DNA of 61,693 nucleotides, the filler included. It is 5 parts of 5 records of this genome, joined end to end, with 100 filler letters (N's around TTAATTAATTAA, not from the genome) between each part and the next. Parts side by side here need not be neighbours in the genome. Positions count along the whole stretch, not along the records: positions 32,190 to 39,876 come from SRR31147125_9305; positions 39,977 to 61,693 come from SRR31147125_9317; 3 more parts are not named here. One strand, 5' to 3'. Positions 33,439 through 45,000 of the stretch are shown piece after piece; position 1 is the stretch's first letter; each line of letters starts with the position of its first letter. A program made the translations under genes and the position numbers. Below the pieces are notes generated by a model. It did not search any database and had not been told where the DNA came from. It saw nothing but the letters and a program-made list of their open reading frames with translations.

Positions 33439-33454
33439 TGGCATGTAATTTGTA
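33439..33454 (+). promoter_or_regulatory. Sigma54 -24/-12-like promoter
   Basis: TGGCATGTAATTTGTA (GG-N10-GT, a variant of GG-N10-GC), downstream of the palindromes. Confidence 0.5.
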
Positions 33455-33551
33455 TGTGATGTCATGAAGACCCGAATCATAGATATTAGCTTACAAATTA
33501 TTTTTTTATCAAGTGTATTAATTTGCAAAAAAAGCTGAAAAAGGAATCCCA

Positions 33552-33926
33552 ATGTCAAGAATATTAATTGTAACAACAGATTGCTCCTTCTCAAGCAGAT
33601 TAGCGTCTGCCTTGCGTTTACGTGGATATAGGGTTATGATACAGAATGATATGATTGATGGTATGCGGGAACTTTACTGGTTCGATGCAAAGCTGATTAT
33701 ATGCGAACTGCAATTGGAAAATTCTTTACAAAAAAGGGCCTGTTCTCTTCTTTTAAAAAGATTTAAAGGAATACCCTTAATCCTTGTTCAAAAAAACATG
33801 GAATCTGCCCAAGAACTGACGCAGGATGGTGTTGAGATTGTACAAAAATCCTCTTCCATTGAAGATTTTACTCGTAAGGTAGAAAATTTCATTGGAGCTC
33901 CATTATCACTATCAGATATCGCTTAA
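33552..33926 (+). CDS. Degenerate single-domain response-regulator receiver
   Basis: RILIV...L...GYRV....D.....EL.....LIICE: CheY-like pattern with Glu at the phosphoacceptor position. Confidence 0.6.
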   Translation: MSRILIVTTDCSFSSRLASALRLRGYRVMIQNDMIDGMRELYWFDAKLIICELQLENSLQKRACSLLLKRFKGIPLILVQKNMESAQELTQDGVEIVQKSSSIEDFTRKVENFIGAPLSLSDIA

Positions 33927-33966
33927 TCGATATGATTTTGCAATAATATTGCTACAGGTATATTTA

Positions 33967-34641
33967 TTGAACAATCCGCTTATTAAAATAAATGGCTTCA
34001 TCATGCCTATCGACTGGGATAGACATGGTAATACGACACAGGTATCGATTTTGACCGATACCTTTGAAAAGTATATTATTCATGAAACAAGTAAAAGAGG
34101 TGATTTATTGGAATTATTAGATCAACATGTGTGCGCAGAAGGTTTTCTTGCTGGAGAAGATATGAGTGGAAATAAAATACTTCATGTAAAAAAATTCATC
34201 TCATCGATGAATAATATTCGTGTTTTTAATGATAATTTTGAGGCTGTAAAATCCGGGAGTAAAGAAATGAGAGCAAAGCAGTTTAGGTTTTTTCTTGCGA
34301 TGTTTTTGACTACAAGTATTCTGTTTTTCATTGGAATTGATAATGGTGGGATATGTCAGGAAAAAGAAGAGACAATAACCGGAATTATAAATGCAATCGA
34401 GTGGGATGAAAAAGATAATGTAACGGCCGTAGCTATCATTGTCGTTGTTATCACAAACGATGAAGAGAGTGAAGATGATTATCGTGTTCTTAATAATGAA
34501 AAAGGTAAAGAACTGTTCAATTATGTTGACCAGGAAGTTGTGGCTACTGGAACGGTAAGTATGGATGAGGATGGAAATAAATCGATATCGATTTCAGAAT
34601 ATTCTGTAACCGAATCTGAAAAAGAAGGCGACCCTGAATAA
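33967..34641 (+). CDS. Two paralogous small OB-fold-like proteins (probably two genes; the second from ATG 34267 has a signal peptide)
   Basis: Both halves share G.I....WD...N...V.I...Y....K..EL....DQ.V.A.G......GNK.I. One extra A at 34188-34194 would end the first gene at KKIHLIDE*. Confidence 0.55.
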   Translation: MNNPLIKINGFIMPIDWDRHGNTTQVSILTDTFEKYIIHETSKRGDLLELLDQHVCAEGFLAGEDMSGNKILHVKKFISSMNNIRVFNDNFEAVKSGSKEMRAKQFRFFLAMFLTTSILFFIGIDNGGICQEKEETITGIINAIEWDEKDNVTAVAIIVVVITNDEESEDDYRVLNNEKGKELFNYVDQEVVATGTVSMDEDGNKSISISEYSVTESEKEGDPE

Positions 34642-34696
34642 AAAAAACGGATTGGAGGAAAATCCCATTTTAGAAAATTCCTCTTTATCCGTCAAG

Positions 34697-34727
34697 ACGT
34701 GGCCGGAAAGGGATTTCACGGCCACGT
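34697..34727 (+). terminator. GC-rich hairpin, possible terminator
   Basis: ACGTGGCCG...CGGCCACGT followed by TATTT. Confidence 0.5.
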
Positions 34728-34820
34728 TATTTGAATCAATGACTTGCTAACAAAATGGTCTATGATTTAAATGATGTTGTACTATTCAAAAGATATAAAA
34801 ATGTGAAAGGAACATGTAAA

Positions 34821-35255
34821 ATGTCAATCATAAGATGGAATCCAAGAACTTTATTTGACATGCGTGATGATATTGATCGCATGATGAGCCATTTTTTCCC
34901 ATCAGAAATGGTTGGTGCGGAAAGCAAATTATCTCCACCCATTAATGTTGAAGAGACAGATGATGAATTTATAGTGAGTATTGAGCTGCCAGGTATGAAA
35001 AAAGAGGATGTACAGATTTCTTTTCATGAAGGTGTGTTATCGATCGTAGGAGAAAAGAAAGCTGAAAAAGAATTTAAAGAAGGTAATTTTCACCGATTTG
35101 AACGAACCTATGGCACCTTCAATCGATCTTTTACTTTACCCCATACTGTTGTCGCGGATAAAATTGCAGCCAAAGTCAATAATGGGATTTTAACCATAAA
35201 TTTACCAAAAGTTGAAGAAGCAAAAGCGAAAAAGATTGAAGTTAAAGTGCAGTAA
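34821..35255 (+). CDS. Hsp20/alpha-crystallin small heat-shock protein
   Basis: P.NVEE....IELPG.KKEDV, RFERTYGTF.RSF.LP, NGILTI.LPK. Confidence 0.93.
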   Translation: MSIIRWNPRTLFDMRDDIDRMMSHFFPSEMVGAESKLSPPINVEETDDEFIVSIELPGMKKEDVQISFHEGVLSIVGEKKAEKEFKEGNFHRFERTYGTFNRSFTLPHTVVADKIAAKVNNGILTINLPKVEEAKAKKIEVKVQ

Positions 35256-35280
35256 TTTATCTAACCCAAAATCCTTCGAT

Positions 35281-35317
35281 AAAAAAGCAGGCCATTTTAT
35301 TGTGGCTTGCTTTTTTG
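35281..35317 (+). terminator. Intrinsic terminator
   Basis: AAAAAAGCAGGCCA...TGGCTTGCTTTTTT. Confidence 0.75.
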
Positions 35318-35436
35318 TATGATTTCACGAAGGCTTGCCAGGAAATTGGTTTCATTGGATTGAATAAAAAGAATACAAGAATCACAAGTATAACCAAATA
35401 GCGAACAATAAATAAAATTAATGAAATGACTTAACC

Positions 35437-36012
35437 ATGCAAAATAGTGACTTTTTAGTCTGGGTAATCTATCCCTTTCTCATTTTTTGTGCCAGAATTG
35501 TAGATGTGTCCATTGGCACCCTTCGAATTATTTTTATTTCAAAAGGTAAAAGATATCTAGCGCCCTTGTTTGGATTTGTTGAGGTATTACTCTGGCTCAT
35601 CGTCATTGGACATGTCGTTAAAAATCTGGACAACCCGATAAATTATATTGCTTATGCCTCAGGTTTTGCCACTGGTAATTTTTTTGGTATGTATTTAGAG
35701 AACAAGTTGGCTATGGGCGTTTCACTTATTCGAATTGTAACAGTAAAAGAAGGAGCTGAGCTCGTACAGCATCTGAGATCAATGGGGTTGACTGTGACCG
35801 ATATACAGGCAGAGGGAAACACTGGTCCTGTACAGGTCATATTTTCAATCATTAAACGGAAGGAAGTAAAAGCCATCATAAAGATCATTCATGATTTTAA
35901 TCCAAATGCCTTTTACACAATAGAAGACATTGGATTTGTAAGTAAAGACATATCACCAGTGATAAAACAGGCAAGCTATCGCAGAAAATTATTTCTGAAT
36001 GGCAGGAGATAA
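35437..36012 (+). CDS. UPF0316/DUF2179-type membrane protein
   Basis: ARIVDVSIGTLR, GFVEV..W, YASGFATGN, NPNAFYTIED. Confidence 0.85.
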   Translation: MQNSDFLVWVIYPFLIFCARIVDVSIGTLRIIFISKGKRYLAPLFGFVEVLLWLIVIGHVVKNLDNPINYIAYASGFATGNFFGMYLENKLAMGVSLIRIVTVKEGAELVQHLRSMGLTVTDIQAEGNTGPVQVIFSIIKRKEVKAIIKIIHDFNPNAFYTIEDIGFVSKDISPVIKQASYRRKLFLNGRR

Positions 36013-36065
36013 GCAGGATAAGAATATTTTATCGTACTATATGCATTTTAAAGGAGAAAGTAAGT

Positions 36066-37143
36066 TTGGAAGAATTGAGAAATTTATTAGATGGTGCGAC
36101 CGGTGAAATAGGTCAGGTATTTAAAGAGGTGGAATCTGTTCAGAAAATTGCCACAAACAAAAATTATCCAATTGAAAAACGACTGGAAGCTTATGAAGAC
36201 ATATTTGATTCGGAAGTAGGAGATACAGCACTTGTCAGGGCGCGAAATATTGAACGAGAGATCGGCATCCGTCAGATTTATCTGAAATTTGAGGGTGGGA
36301 ATCCAACTGGTACTCAGAAAGATCGTATTGCTTTTAGTCAGGCAATGGACGCCTTGCGTCGGGGATTTGATGCTATTACTATTGCGACCTGTGGTAATTA
36401 TGGTTCGGCAATCTCCATGGCCGCTTCCTTGGCAGGTCTAAAATGTATTATTTATATCCCGGATATTTATCATACCAATCGGATCAAAGAAATGACAGAC
36501 CTCGGGGCTGAAATCCAAAGGGTGCCCGGTGATTATGAGACGGCTGTCGATAAATCCCGCGAATTTGCTGAAAAAGCAGAAATATATGATGCAAATCCTG
36601 GAGGAGCCAACACAACACTGCAACTTTCTGCATACGGTGAAATCGCCTATGAAATTTATGATGAGTTACGAGATGCGCCATACGCCATATCGGTCCCGGT
36701 TTCAAACGGTACAACCCTGGCAGGTATTTATAAAGGATTCGTTAGTTTACATCGTCGTGGTAAAACATCCCGCATACCAAAATTTATCGCCGGATCAGCC
36801 TATAATAAAAATCCCATTGTGCAGGCCTTTATCAAAAACAAAGATCGGTGTGAAAATTTGATTCCTGAAAAAATTAAGGAGACAAAAATCAATGAGCCTC
36901 TGATAAACTGGCACTCTTTAGATGGTGACTATGCTCTTGAGGCCATAAGACATACAGATGGGTGGGCACATTATGCAACAGATAGAAAGATGATGTTTTA
37001 TGCCAAACTTTTACGGGAACGGGAGGGATTGAATGTGCTACCAGCATCTACAGCCGCACTGATTGCAATGATTGAATATCATCAAAAGATATCGCCGCCA
37101 AATGATCGTTACGTTGTTGTCTTAACCGGGGAGAAAATCATGA
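36066..37143 (+). CDS. PLP-dependent fold-type II enzyme (threonine synthase-like)
   Basis: LKFEGGNPTGTQKDR (PLP lysine), TCGNYG, PVSNGTT, VVVLTG. It probably ends LTGRKS* at 37143. Confidence 0.8.
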
Positions 37144-38231
37144 ATCCTTTAGATGGAAATGCTATTGTTTATTGTGAAGGGGCCTTCAACACGCCAAATG
37201 GAAAAACAGCACATGGATTGGTTCGCTTTACAAATCGTTATCAAATACTATCTGTTGTCGATTCCCGCTATGCCGGTCAGGATGCAGGCCAGGTGTTGGA
37301 TGGTAAAAAGAAAAATATTCCAGTTTACGCGTCAGTTATTGAAGCCATTGAAATGTCGAAGAAAAATGAATCCCCTGTAACACATTTTGTGGTGGGTTTG
37401 GCCCCTGATGGCGGCCGATTGAATAACACAGCTCGCGACGATGTGGCTGTCGCCATTAAATCCGGTTTGCATACGGATTGTGGGCTGCATGATTTTTTAG
37501 GTGACGATCCGTTTTTCCAAAAACTGGCCAGAGAAAAAAATGTCAGGTTGCGGGATGTACGCAAACCTCCTGAGAAAAGTCAGTTACACTTTTTTAGCGG
37601 CAAAATTGAAAAAGTCGATTGTACAAAAATTGTCGTGCTTGGTACGGATTCCGCCATTGGAAAACGAACAACTGCCTGGATTTTGGTGAATGCATTGAAA
37701 AAAGTCGGTCTGAATACTGTCATGATCGGCACTGGTCAGACAGCATGGATGCAGGGTGCGAAATACGGGATTATTCTGGATTCATTAATAAATGATTTTG
37801 TTTCCGGTGAAATAGAACATGCTGTGTGGAAAGCCTGGCAAAATGAAAAGCCGGATGTGATTATCCTGGAAGGTCAGGGAAGTCTGATGAATCCTGCTTA
37901 TCCAGGAGGATTTGAAATTCTTGCTGCTGGTCGACCAGATATGATCGTTTTGCAGCATGCTCCGGCCCGAAAAGAATATGATGGATTTCCAGGCTATAAA
38001 CTTCATCCTTTACCGAAACAAATTCAAGCAGTAGAATTATTATCGGAAAAACCTGTTGTGGCGATCACGATTAATCATGAAAATCTGGAACCCGATCTTG
38101 TTGCATCGATTTGTACAACGATTCAAAACACTCTTGACATTCCAACATGTGATGTCCTTTTGGATGGTGCATCCGGATTGGTAGAGGCCCTTTTACCTTA
38201 CATAAAAACGAGAAATATTAAGAGAAGATAA
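37140..38231 (+). CDS. DUF1611-family P-loop protein (DgcN N-acetyltransferase-like)
   Basis: GKTAHGL.R, GLHDFL.DD, DVRKP, GTDSAIGKRTT, TGQT, EGQGSL..PAY. Confidence 0.85.
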   Translation: MNPLDGNAIVYCEGAFNTPNGKTAHGLVRFTNRYQILSVVDSRYAGQDAGQVLDGKKKNIPVYASVIEAIEMSKKNESPVTHFVVGLAPDGGRLNNTARDDVAVAIKSGLHTDCGLHDFLGDDPFFQKLAREKNVRLRDVRKPPEKSQLHFFSGKIEKVDCTKIVVLGTDSAIGKRTTAWILVNALKKVGLNTVMIGTGQTAWMQGAKYGIILDSLINDFVSGEIEHAVWKAWQNEKPDVIILEGQGSLMNPAYPGGFEILAAGRPDMIVLQHAPARKEYDGFPGYKLHPLPKQIQAVELLSEKPVVAITINHENLEPDLVASICTTIQNTLDIPTCDVLLDGASGLVEALLPYIKTRNIKRR

Positions 38232-39876
38232 ATGAAGCTTCAAATTTTAAATAATAACAACAAACAACCTGTTGTAAACCATACCGAATCACTCAAAGTG
38301 TTAAAAGTTATCGACAAGCTTGAGGTTGGGCCTGTTAAAGTTGAGAAAAAAAGGTCAAGCGCCCTGTATACAGTCTGCCAGGGTGATAAAATTGAACAAA
38401 CAGATTTCATTTACAGTTTCGAAGAAAATGTTTTTCAGCCCGACAGGCCGGATTCTCAAAATCTGGCGAGTATGATGGCGGCACAGGTTGCAATCAATTA
38501 TGGACTTTTTTGTAAAAAGATTGTTTTTCGAGGTCTCTATAACGAACAGGATAAAAAGTTCATTAAGGAAGTCATGGAAAACACGGCACGCGAGATTTAT
38601 GTAAAGAAATTTCTAGAGCCGAATCCCTTTATAATTGGCGATGGTGCTGATCTGCCGGTCGTGCATTTGCGACAATATAATCAGGCTGTCATCGAATTCG
38701 AAGATATTTCTGAAAATAAACGTGTCAAATGGCATTTATGGGACATGGATAAGAACCGCCATGCTGTACTATCAAGCGGTGGAAAAGACAGTCTTTTGAG
38801 TTTTGGTTTGCTTGATGAACTGGAAAAGCCGGTTTTTCCAATTTTTATCAATGAATCAGGCCGTCACTGGTTCACAGCCTTGAATGCCTATCGTTATTTC
38901 AAAAAAATATTCCAAATACCAAAAGGGTTTGGACCAATTCTGATAGAGTCTTTAACTGGATGCTGCGACAGCTGCCTTTTATACGAAAAAACTATGCCAG
39001 CATTCGCTCGGATGAATATCCTATTAGACTTTGGACAGTTGCCGTATTCCTGTTCGGAGCCTTGCCTCTTTTACGAAAACACAAGATTGGCAGATTATTA
39101 ATAGGTGATGAATACGATACAACAGTTAAAGCCAACTTTCAAGGCATAATTCATTATGACGGATTATATGATCAAAGTCGATATTTTGATAATTATTTAT
39201 CGCGCTATTTTATGAAAAAAGGATGGTCAATCAGTCAGTTCTCAATTTTGCGAACACTTTCGGAAATGATGATTGAAAAAATATTGGTTGAACGGTATCC
39301 ACACTTACAAAAACAACAGATGTCGTGTCATGCTGCCTTGCAGGCAGGAGACAGGATATATCCTTGCGGAAAATGTGAAAAATGTCGGCGTATTGTAGCC
39401 ATGTTGACCGCTCTTGAAGCTAATCCTGAACAATGTGGCTATTCACAAGAACAGATTAAAAACTGTCTGGCTGCCATTTCTTCTAAAGGCATCCATCAGG
39501 AATCAGCAGGTGTAAAACAACTTTTTTATGATCCTGAATCAGGGTAAAATAGCTTTAACGGACACGAAAAAAAATCAAGCTAAAGAACATCCGGAAATTT
39601 TAAAGCTTCGTTTTGACCCTGAGCGCTCACCCTTTGAGACGTTTCCAAAAGATCTGCGTGAATCTTTATATGAAAAATTATTGAATCAGGCACATGGAGC
39701 TGTCAAGCGATTAAATAAAAAGTGGATAGATTTTGACCCTTTGCTCGATCCTGGGATGCATAATTCATACCCCTTTGAAATGGAATCGAATACATTGCCT
39801 TCTGATTCGGCAATGAATTCCTCTGTTTCTGAGCCAGCACTTCATTTATGGGGTGAATTGACATGGCCGCAAGCAG
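38232..39876 (+). CDS. PP-loop (SSGGKDS)/Cys-cluster protein, probably fused to a C-terminal creatininase-family domain (two indels; 3' partial)
   Basis: SSGGKDS, NESGRHW, SCH...PCGKCEKC. It ends ...WGELTWPQA, which resembles a creatininase N-terminus. Frames join at runs near 38901-38907 and 39522-39527. Confidence 0.65.
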
Positions 39877-39976
39877 NNNNNNNNNNNNNNNNNNNNNNNN
39901 NNNNNNNNNNNNNNNNNNNNTTAATTAATTAANNNNNNNNNNNNNNNNNNNNNNNNNNNNNNNNNNNNNNNNNNNN
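39877..39976. other. Artificial contig spacer
   Basis: N-run with TTAATTAATTAA. Confidence 0.99.
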
Positions 39977-40395
39977 TTTAGCTGAACTAACTACCTAATC
40001 ATTTTGCCTTTTATAATGACATTAACAATTTGTCTTTAATAACACCTGATTTTGCGAAAGTGGAGATTGTGCGTGTTGATGGAGATATGAGCGCCGGCAC
40101 TCGTATAGAATTACTTGTAAAAAAGCCGATTAAAAGCAAATGGGTGGTCCTTATTCAGGACCACCAACAGAACCGATATTTTATTGATATACAGGAAGAG
40201 GGACTATTCGCGTTTTGGCGACACCGGCATGAATTTAAACGCTGCCAGGAGGGTACGCGACTCGTAGACATGACAGAATACCAACTTCCATTATACCCTT
40301 TAAGCTGGCCTGTTCAAAACTGGATAGTAGAAAAACAATTAAAGAAAATGTTTTTTTACCGGCATAGCAAAACGCAACAACTCCTTGAAAAATAG
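39977..40395 (+). CDS. SRPBCC-family protein (5' partial)
   Basis: NL..ITP, F.D.Q..G.F.FW.H.H.F, MF.YRH. Confidence 0.75.
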
Positions 40396-40439
40396 AGTTT
40401 CGTCGGTTCGGCAGATTTATATTTTAACACGTTGGCTAA

Positions 40440-41999
40440 TTAATAGTTAAAATCACTGGATGTGTTGTCATATATTTGTATCCACCGTGTCCAATTGCTA
40501 TCATAAAGTTCGCCATAAGCTGTAGAATGAACCAGTTCCATTTCACCCATATCTCTTCGATCTGCGAAAACAAAATAGACTCCACCCTGGACTGAATAAT
40601 AATTCCATATTTCATAGGGTCGGGTGCCACTGGATTGTTGTTCTCTCTCAACTTCGTCCGGCTGGCCATATATTAAAAGAATTCGTCCCTGATCACTTCG
40701 ATACCCCTTTCGCATGGAACCTTTAAAATTTCTGTTTGCGTATTCAACGCGTCTCATGTAATCACGTTTGAATTCATTAATGGGCGTTTCCGGGGACTGG
40801 TCGCGTTTCACCCAAAATTCTTTTAAAAAATTTCTTTTACCGTCTTCATTTAATTTTTTGAACGATTTTTTCTCATCGCGGGTGGCTATATATTTAACAT
40901 AATCAAATTCTTTGTCCAATTCTTTTTTACCCATAACATCATATTTGGTGGCGTCTAACCCGGCACTTCCCATATCTGCCACCTGTTGCTGTCGTTGTTT
41001 TTGTTTCTCCAGAGCTTTGCCGCCCTCCTGATAATCAGCTTCTCTATATACGAAAAACCTTCTGCGAGATTCAGCTTTCTCACCGGTGCCCATATCTTCA
41101 ATTTCCATGACATACATATAAGGACCTGAAACAAGGGTGACGACGTTTATGCTATTGACTTCAACAGAGGATGCGCCAGGTTTTTTTCGGATTTTGGCAT
41201 TTGTTGATTTTGCGATTTGTCCATCACTGTCAATGATTTTATAGGAAATCTTGTATTGATTCTTCTCTTCATCTGCGTTTGGAGTCAGGTTGTATATCTC
41301 TGCATAACTATAAAGGATGGGTAAGCCAATCCCGTAAACCCGGTCCGGATTAGGTTGGATACGATAGCCGTTTTTAACATAAATACTTTTTGATGTATCC
41401 CGTTTGATATTACTTGCGATCTGGATATCGCTGGTAACGAGAGAAGGTTTTGAAAAGTCATTTATAACGGCAATTCCCTTAAGAGTTGTTTCCTTTTTTG
41501 AATTAAGGTCCTGCAGTATAATTTGAATGTCATATTGACCGTATTGGGGAATAAAGTGATTTTTGGCAAAAATTCTTTGATTTTGGCTTATAGCACCAAG
41601 ACTGTCAGCTGTATTAATGTTTTTCCATTTTTTTGAATAATAAACCGAATCATTTTTTGAAAGTTGAACATCCGTCAAAAAATCAGCTTTAAATTTACCC
41701 TCAAATGGTACATATTCGAGCTGATCTCTGTATACTGCGATCAAAATTTCCATATAAGCGAGACTGTCTGAATAACGGAAACAATTATAGTCAACTGAAA
41801 ATGAAATCTTATCTTTTTGTGCTTTTTCCCGTGACATGACAGAGTCTGTCTCACCTGTCGTTTCCTCTTGCGAAATAGTGGTATCTGTTTCATTATTCGG
41901 GATTTCTTGTGATACAACAGATCCTGGTAAAAGAAACAGAGAAAAGATAAATAGTCCCAACAGGAAAGCATGTATTGTACTAAGGAAATAACTTTTCAT
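40440..41999 (-). CDS. GWxTD-domain secreted protein
   Basis: Signal peptide; FW..RD.SP.TP.NE....Y..RV.YAN..F...GYRSDQGRI...YG.PD, EIW.Y. Confidence 0.82.
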   Translation of the reverse strand: MKSYFLSTIHAFLLGLFIFSLFLLPGSVVSQEIPNNETDTTISQEETTGETDSVMSREKAQKDKISFSVDYNCFRYSDSLAYMEILIAVYRDQLEYVPFEGKFKADFLTDVQLSKNDSVYYSKKWKNINTADSLGAISQNQRIFAKNHFIPQYGQYDIQIILQDLNSKKETTLKGIAVINDFSKPSLVTSDIQIASNIKRDTSKSIYVKNGYRIQPNPDRVYGIGLPILYSYAEIYNLTPNADEEKNQYKISYKIIDSDGQIAKSTNAKIRKKPGASSVEVNSINVVTLVSGPYMYVMEIEDMGTGEKAESRRRFFVYREADYQEGGKALEKQKQRQQQVADMGSAGLDATKYDVMGKKELDKEFDYVKYIATRDEKKSFKKLNEDGKRNFLKEFWVKRDQSPETPINEFKRDYMRRVEYANRNFKGSMRKGYRSDQGRILLIYGQPDEVEREQQSSGTRPYEIWNYYSVQGGVYFVFADRRDMGEMELVHSTAYGELYDSNWTRWIQIYDNTSSDFNY

Positions 42000-42015
42000 A
42001 GCGATACTCCTGTTT

Positions 42016-45000
42016 TTAATTTTTGGTAACCTCTGCATCAGTAGTAATATTGTCAAATGTTTCAGAATCGAATTTTACAGAGACGAGTTTTGATACTCCT
42101 TCTTCAGCCATGGTTACACCATAAATCTGATCCGAAGCTCTCATGGTAAGCTTGTTATGTGTCACAACAAGGAATTGAGTGTTATCTGAAAACTCTTTCA
42201 GAGCTTTGGTAAATCGTTTTGTATTCTGATCATCCAGAGGTGCGTCAACTTCATCAAAAATACAAAAAGGACTGGGCTTGACAAGATAAATGGCAAATAG
42301 AATGGATATCGCTGTTAAAGATTTTTCGCCACCAGACATAAGTTGCAAAGAAGAGAGTCGTTTTCCACCGGGCGTAGCAAAAATATCAATATCGGATTCG
42401 AGAGGATCATTATGATCTCTGAGAACGATACTGGCTCGGCCACCTTCAAAAAATGTTGTAAAGACCTTTGTAAAATTAGCCTGTACTTGTTCAAACGTTT
42501 CTAAAAATTGTTGTTTTGCCGTATTATTTATGATATTAATTGTATCTGTAAGGTTCTTTTTTGCTTGTAATAAATCATCTTTTTGCGCCTGGAGGAAATC
42601 GAGCCGTTCTTTTTCCTGTTCATATTCTTTCAATGCTAATAGATTAACCGGCCCCAGGCTTTTCATCCTGCCGCGAAATTTTTCTATTCGATTATGGGTT
42701 TCTTCCAGATTAAAATCTTTGTCAATCGGTTCACGTTTCAGGTCGTGCTCAAATTCTTCAAGCATGCGATGTTGCATGTTTTCAAGACGAAGTTTTAATT
42801 CAGAAACTCTTAGCTGGATTTGATGTACGGATTCTGAAAGCTCATCGGATTTGCTTCTGGCGGCTCGGATCTGTTTTTCCTGATCTGCAATTTGAGTGTT
42901 GGCATCGTATTGTTGCTCTTCCAACTCATCCAGTTGCGACTGAGCGATATCCAGTTTTTTCTTAATTTCTGCTATTTGATCAGTATAAGCCTTGTTCACT
43001 TCCGAGAGTTCGGTAATCTCTTCACGTGCATTGTTTGATTCTTTTTCGCGAAAGGTGATGAGATTTTCTGTTTCTGTGATCTGTTGTTTTACGGAATCGG
43101 ATTCTCTTTTTAGAGACTGGTAATCACTTTGAAGTCGTGCAACTTTAACATTAATGGCCTGAACTTTTGTACTGAATTCGTTAACCTGCTGCTCTGCCTT
43201 GGCTAGCTCTTGTGTATTAAGGCTGGATTGTTCAGACAATTGACGGCGTTTCGTTTGCAGATCCTCGGTTCCAAAAGTTTGAACCTCTAAATTACGACCT
43301 AACAGATCCATTTTTTCTAACAGGGTTTTTCTTTCAATATCATGTTTTTCCCTGGTCTCTGTAAGGGTTTGTTCCTCGAATTTTAATTTACCGATCTCAA
43401 TTTTTACCAGGGCCCCTTTTTCTTCCAATTCTTTTGTTTCTTTGGAAAGACGTTCCAGTTCCCGTTTCAGTTCTTCAGAGGCTGTTTCTTTATCAATTAT
43501 TTTTTCCTGTCGATCCTCAGAAATCTGCTGGAGTTGTTCAATCTCATTTAGCAGAGTTTTAAGTTGTTCCTGGCGACCAACAAAGTCTGATTGACGTTTG
43601 CTCTGACTTCCTCCGCGTAACAGCCCCCAGTGACCGAGAACTTCGCCATTGAGAGTAACGATGTTTATGTGTTGATCTTTAACGGTATCGAACAAACGAT
43701 GCGCTGTTTGTAAATCCTGGACAATTAAAAATGAACCCAGTAGTCCGTTAATGATTGGTTTTAATTTTTCTTCATTTCGTACCAGTTCATTTGCCCATCC
43801 CACAACACCTAAATCCTGAACAACCGGATGTTTATGAGATTGAAAGACGACCTGTTTTAGCGGTAAAAAGCTGACCAGGCCTTTCTTTTCCTGTTTCAGT
43901 AAGCCCATACCGGAATATGCAGAATCTTTATCTTCCACAACCAGGTAGGTTGCCGCTTCTCCAAGAGCTGCGGCGATTGCGGGTCGATATTGTTGTTGAA
44001 CAAGAATCAGGTTTGCCAGCGGGCCAAGAGATTTAAAAGAATCATTTTTGAGCGATGCCAAATATCGTACGCCTGAAGGATAATCTTCGTAATTCTCTAT
44101 TAATCTTTTCAGCAGGTCGGCCTGATTTTCCAAATTATCAATTCGATTTTGATCCTGCAGGTCAGCTTTTTGTAGACTCTCTAATGATCTTTTGGTGATA
44201 TCGAGCTCTTTTTCTTTTTTATCCAAAAGTTCAATTTTTTCATCCAGGTCGTCCAGCAGGTTCTGTTCTTTTTCCTCAGCCTCGGAGAGTCTTTTTTCAA
44301 GACTGACCCACCGTTCTTTATTTTTAGTGTCGTCCTCTTCCAGCTGTTTAATACGTTGACTCAAACCGTCATTTGTGGCTTTGAGGCGTTCTCCCTCGTT
44401 CTGTTTAAGGCTCAACTCTTCGGTAATACTTAAGAGGTTTGCTTCAATTTCCCTGGCTTGGGTACGTTTTTTTTCATAAGCAGAGCGCTCTTCCTGATAC
44501 AAAGAGTTTAGTGATTCGAATTCACTTTTTTTAGCTGTTAAATCTGTTTCAGCCTTTTGGTAGGTTGCTTGCATGGATTCGAGTTGTTCTTTTAATTTGA
44601 CTAATCTTTTGGTGAATCCATCCTTTTCAAGTCCATAGCGGACCGTTGTTTCTTCTAACGAACGAATACGTTCACTGTTAACCAGTATTCGTTCTTCAAA
44701 TTTTTGCACCTCATGTTTGAAATCGTTCACTTTGGATTGTTCAGTAGAAATACCCTTTTCCAGGCTGAGCAATTTAGCACGAGTGGCTTCATAATCAGAG
44801 TCACGTTGTGCCAGGTTTGATGAAGCACATTCTCGTTCATCAGTTATCAGGTTCATTTGAGTTTCGAGGGGTTCGAGCTCATCGAGAATTTTAGCATATT
44901 GGTATGAAGCCAGCTTTATTTCCGAGTTTTTTAATTCCTGACTTAAATTTTGGAATCGTCTGGCTTTATCCACCTGTCTTTTCAAAGAACGGACAGATTT

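Noticed and set aside
33892-34641. 249-aa single ORF
   Set aside because: There is an internal RBS, ATG and signal peptide at 34267, and one extra A in the A7 run ends the first gene, so the fusion is probably an artefact.
36066-38231. 721-aa PLP enzyme-DUF1611 fusion in the ORF track
   Set aside because: Removing one G from the run at 37128-37131 gives LTGRKS* with an ATGA overlap onto MNPLDGNA. Two genes joined by a homopolymer error is the simpler reading.
12741-39976. Four repeated TTAATTAATTAA motifs, and any gene linkage across them
   Set aside because: They are artificial spacers. The contigs come from different organisms or loci, so cross-contig neighbourhoods mean nothing.
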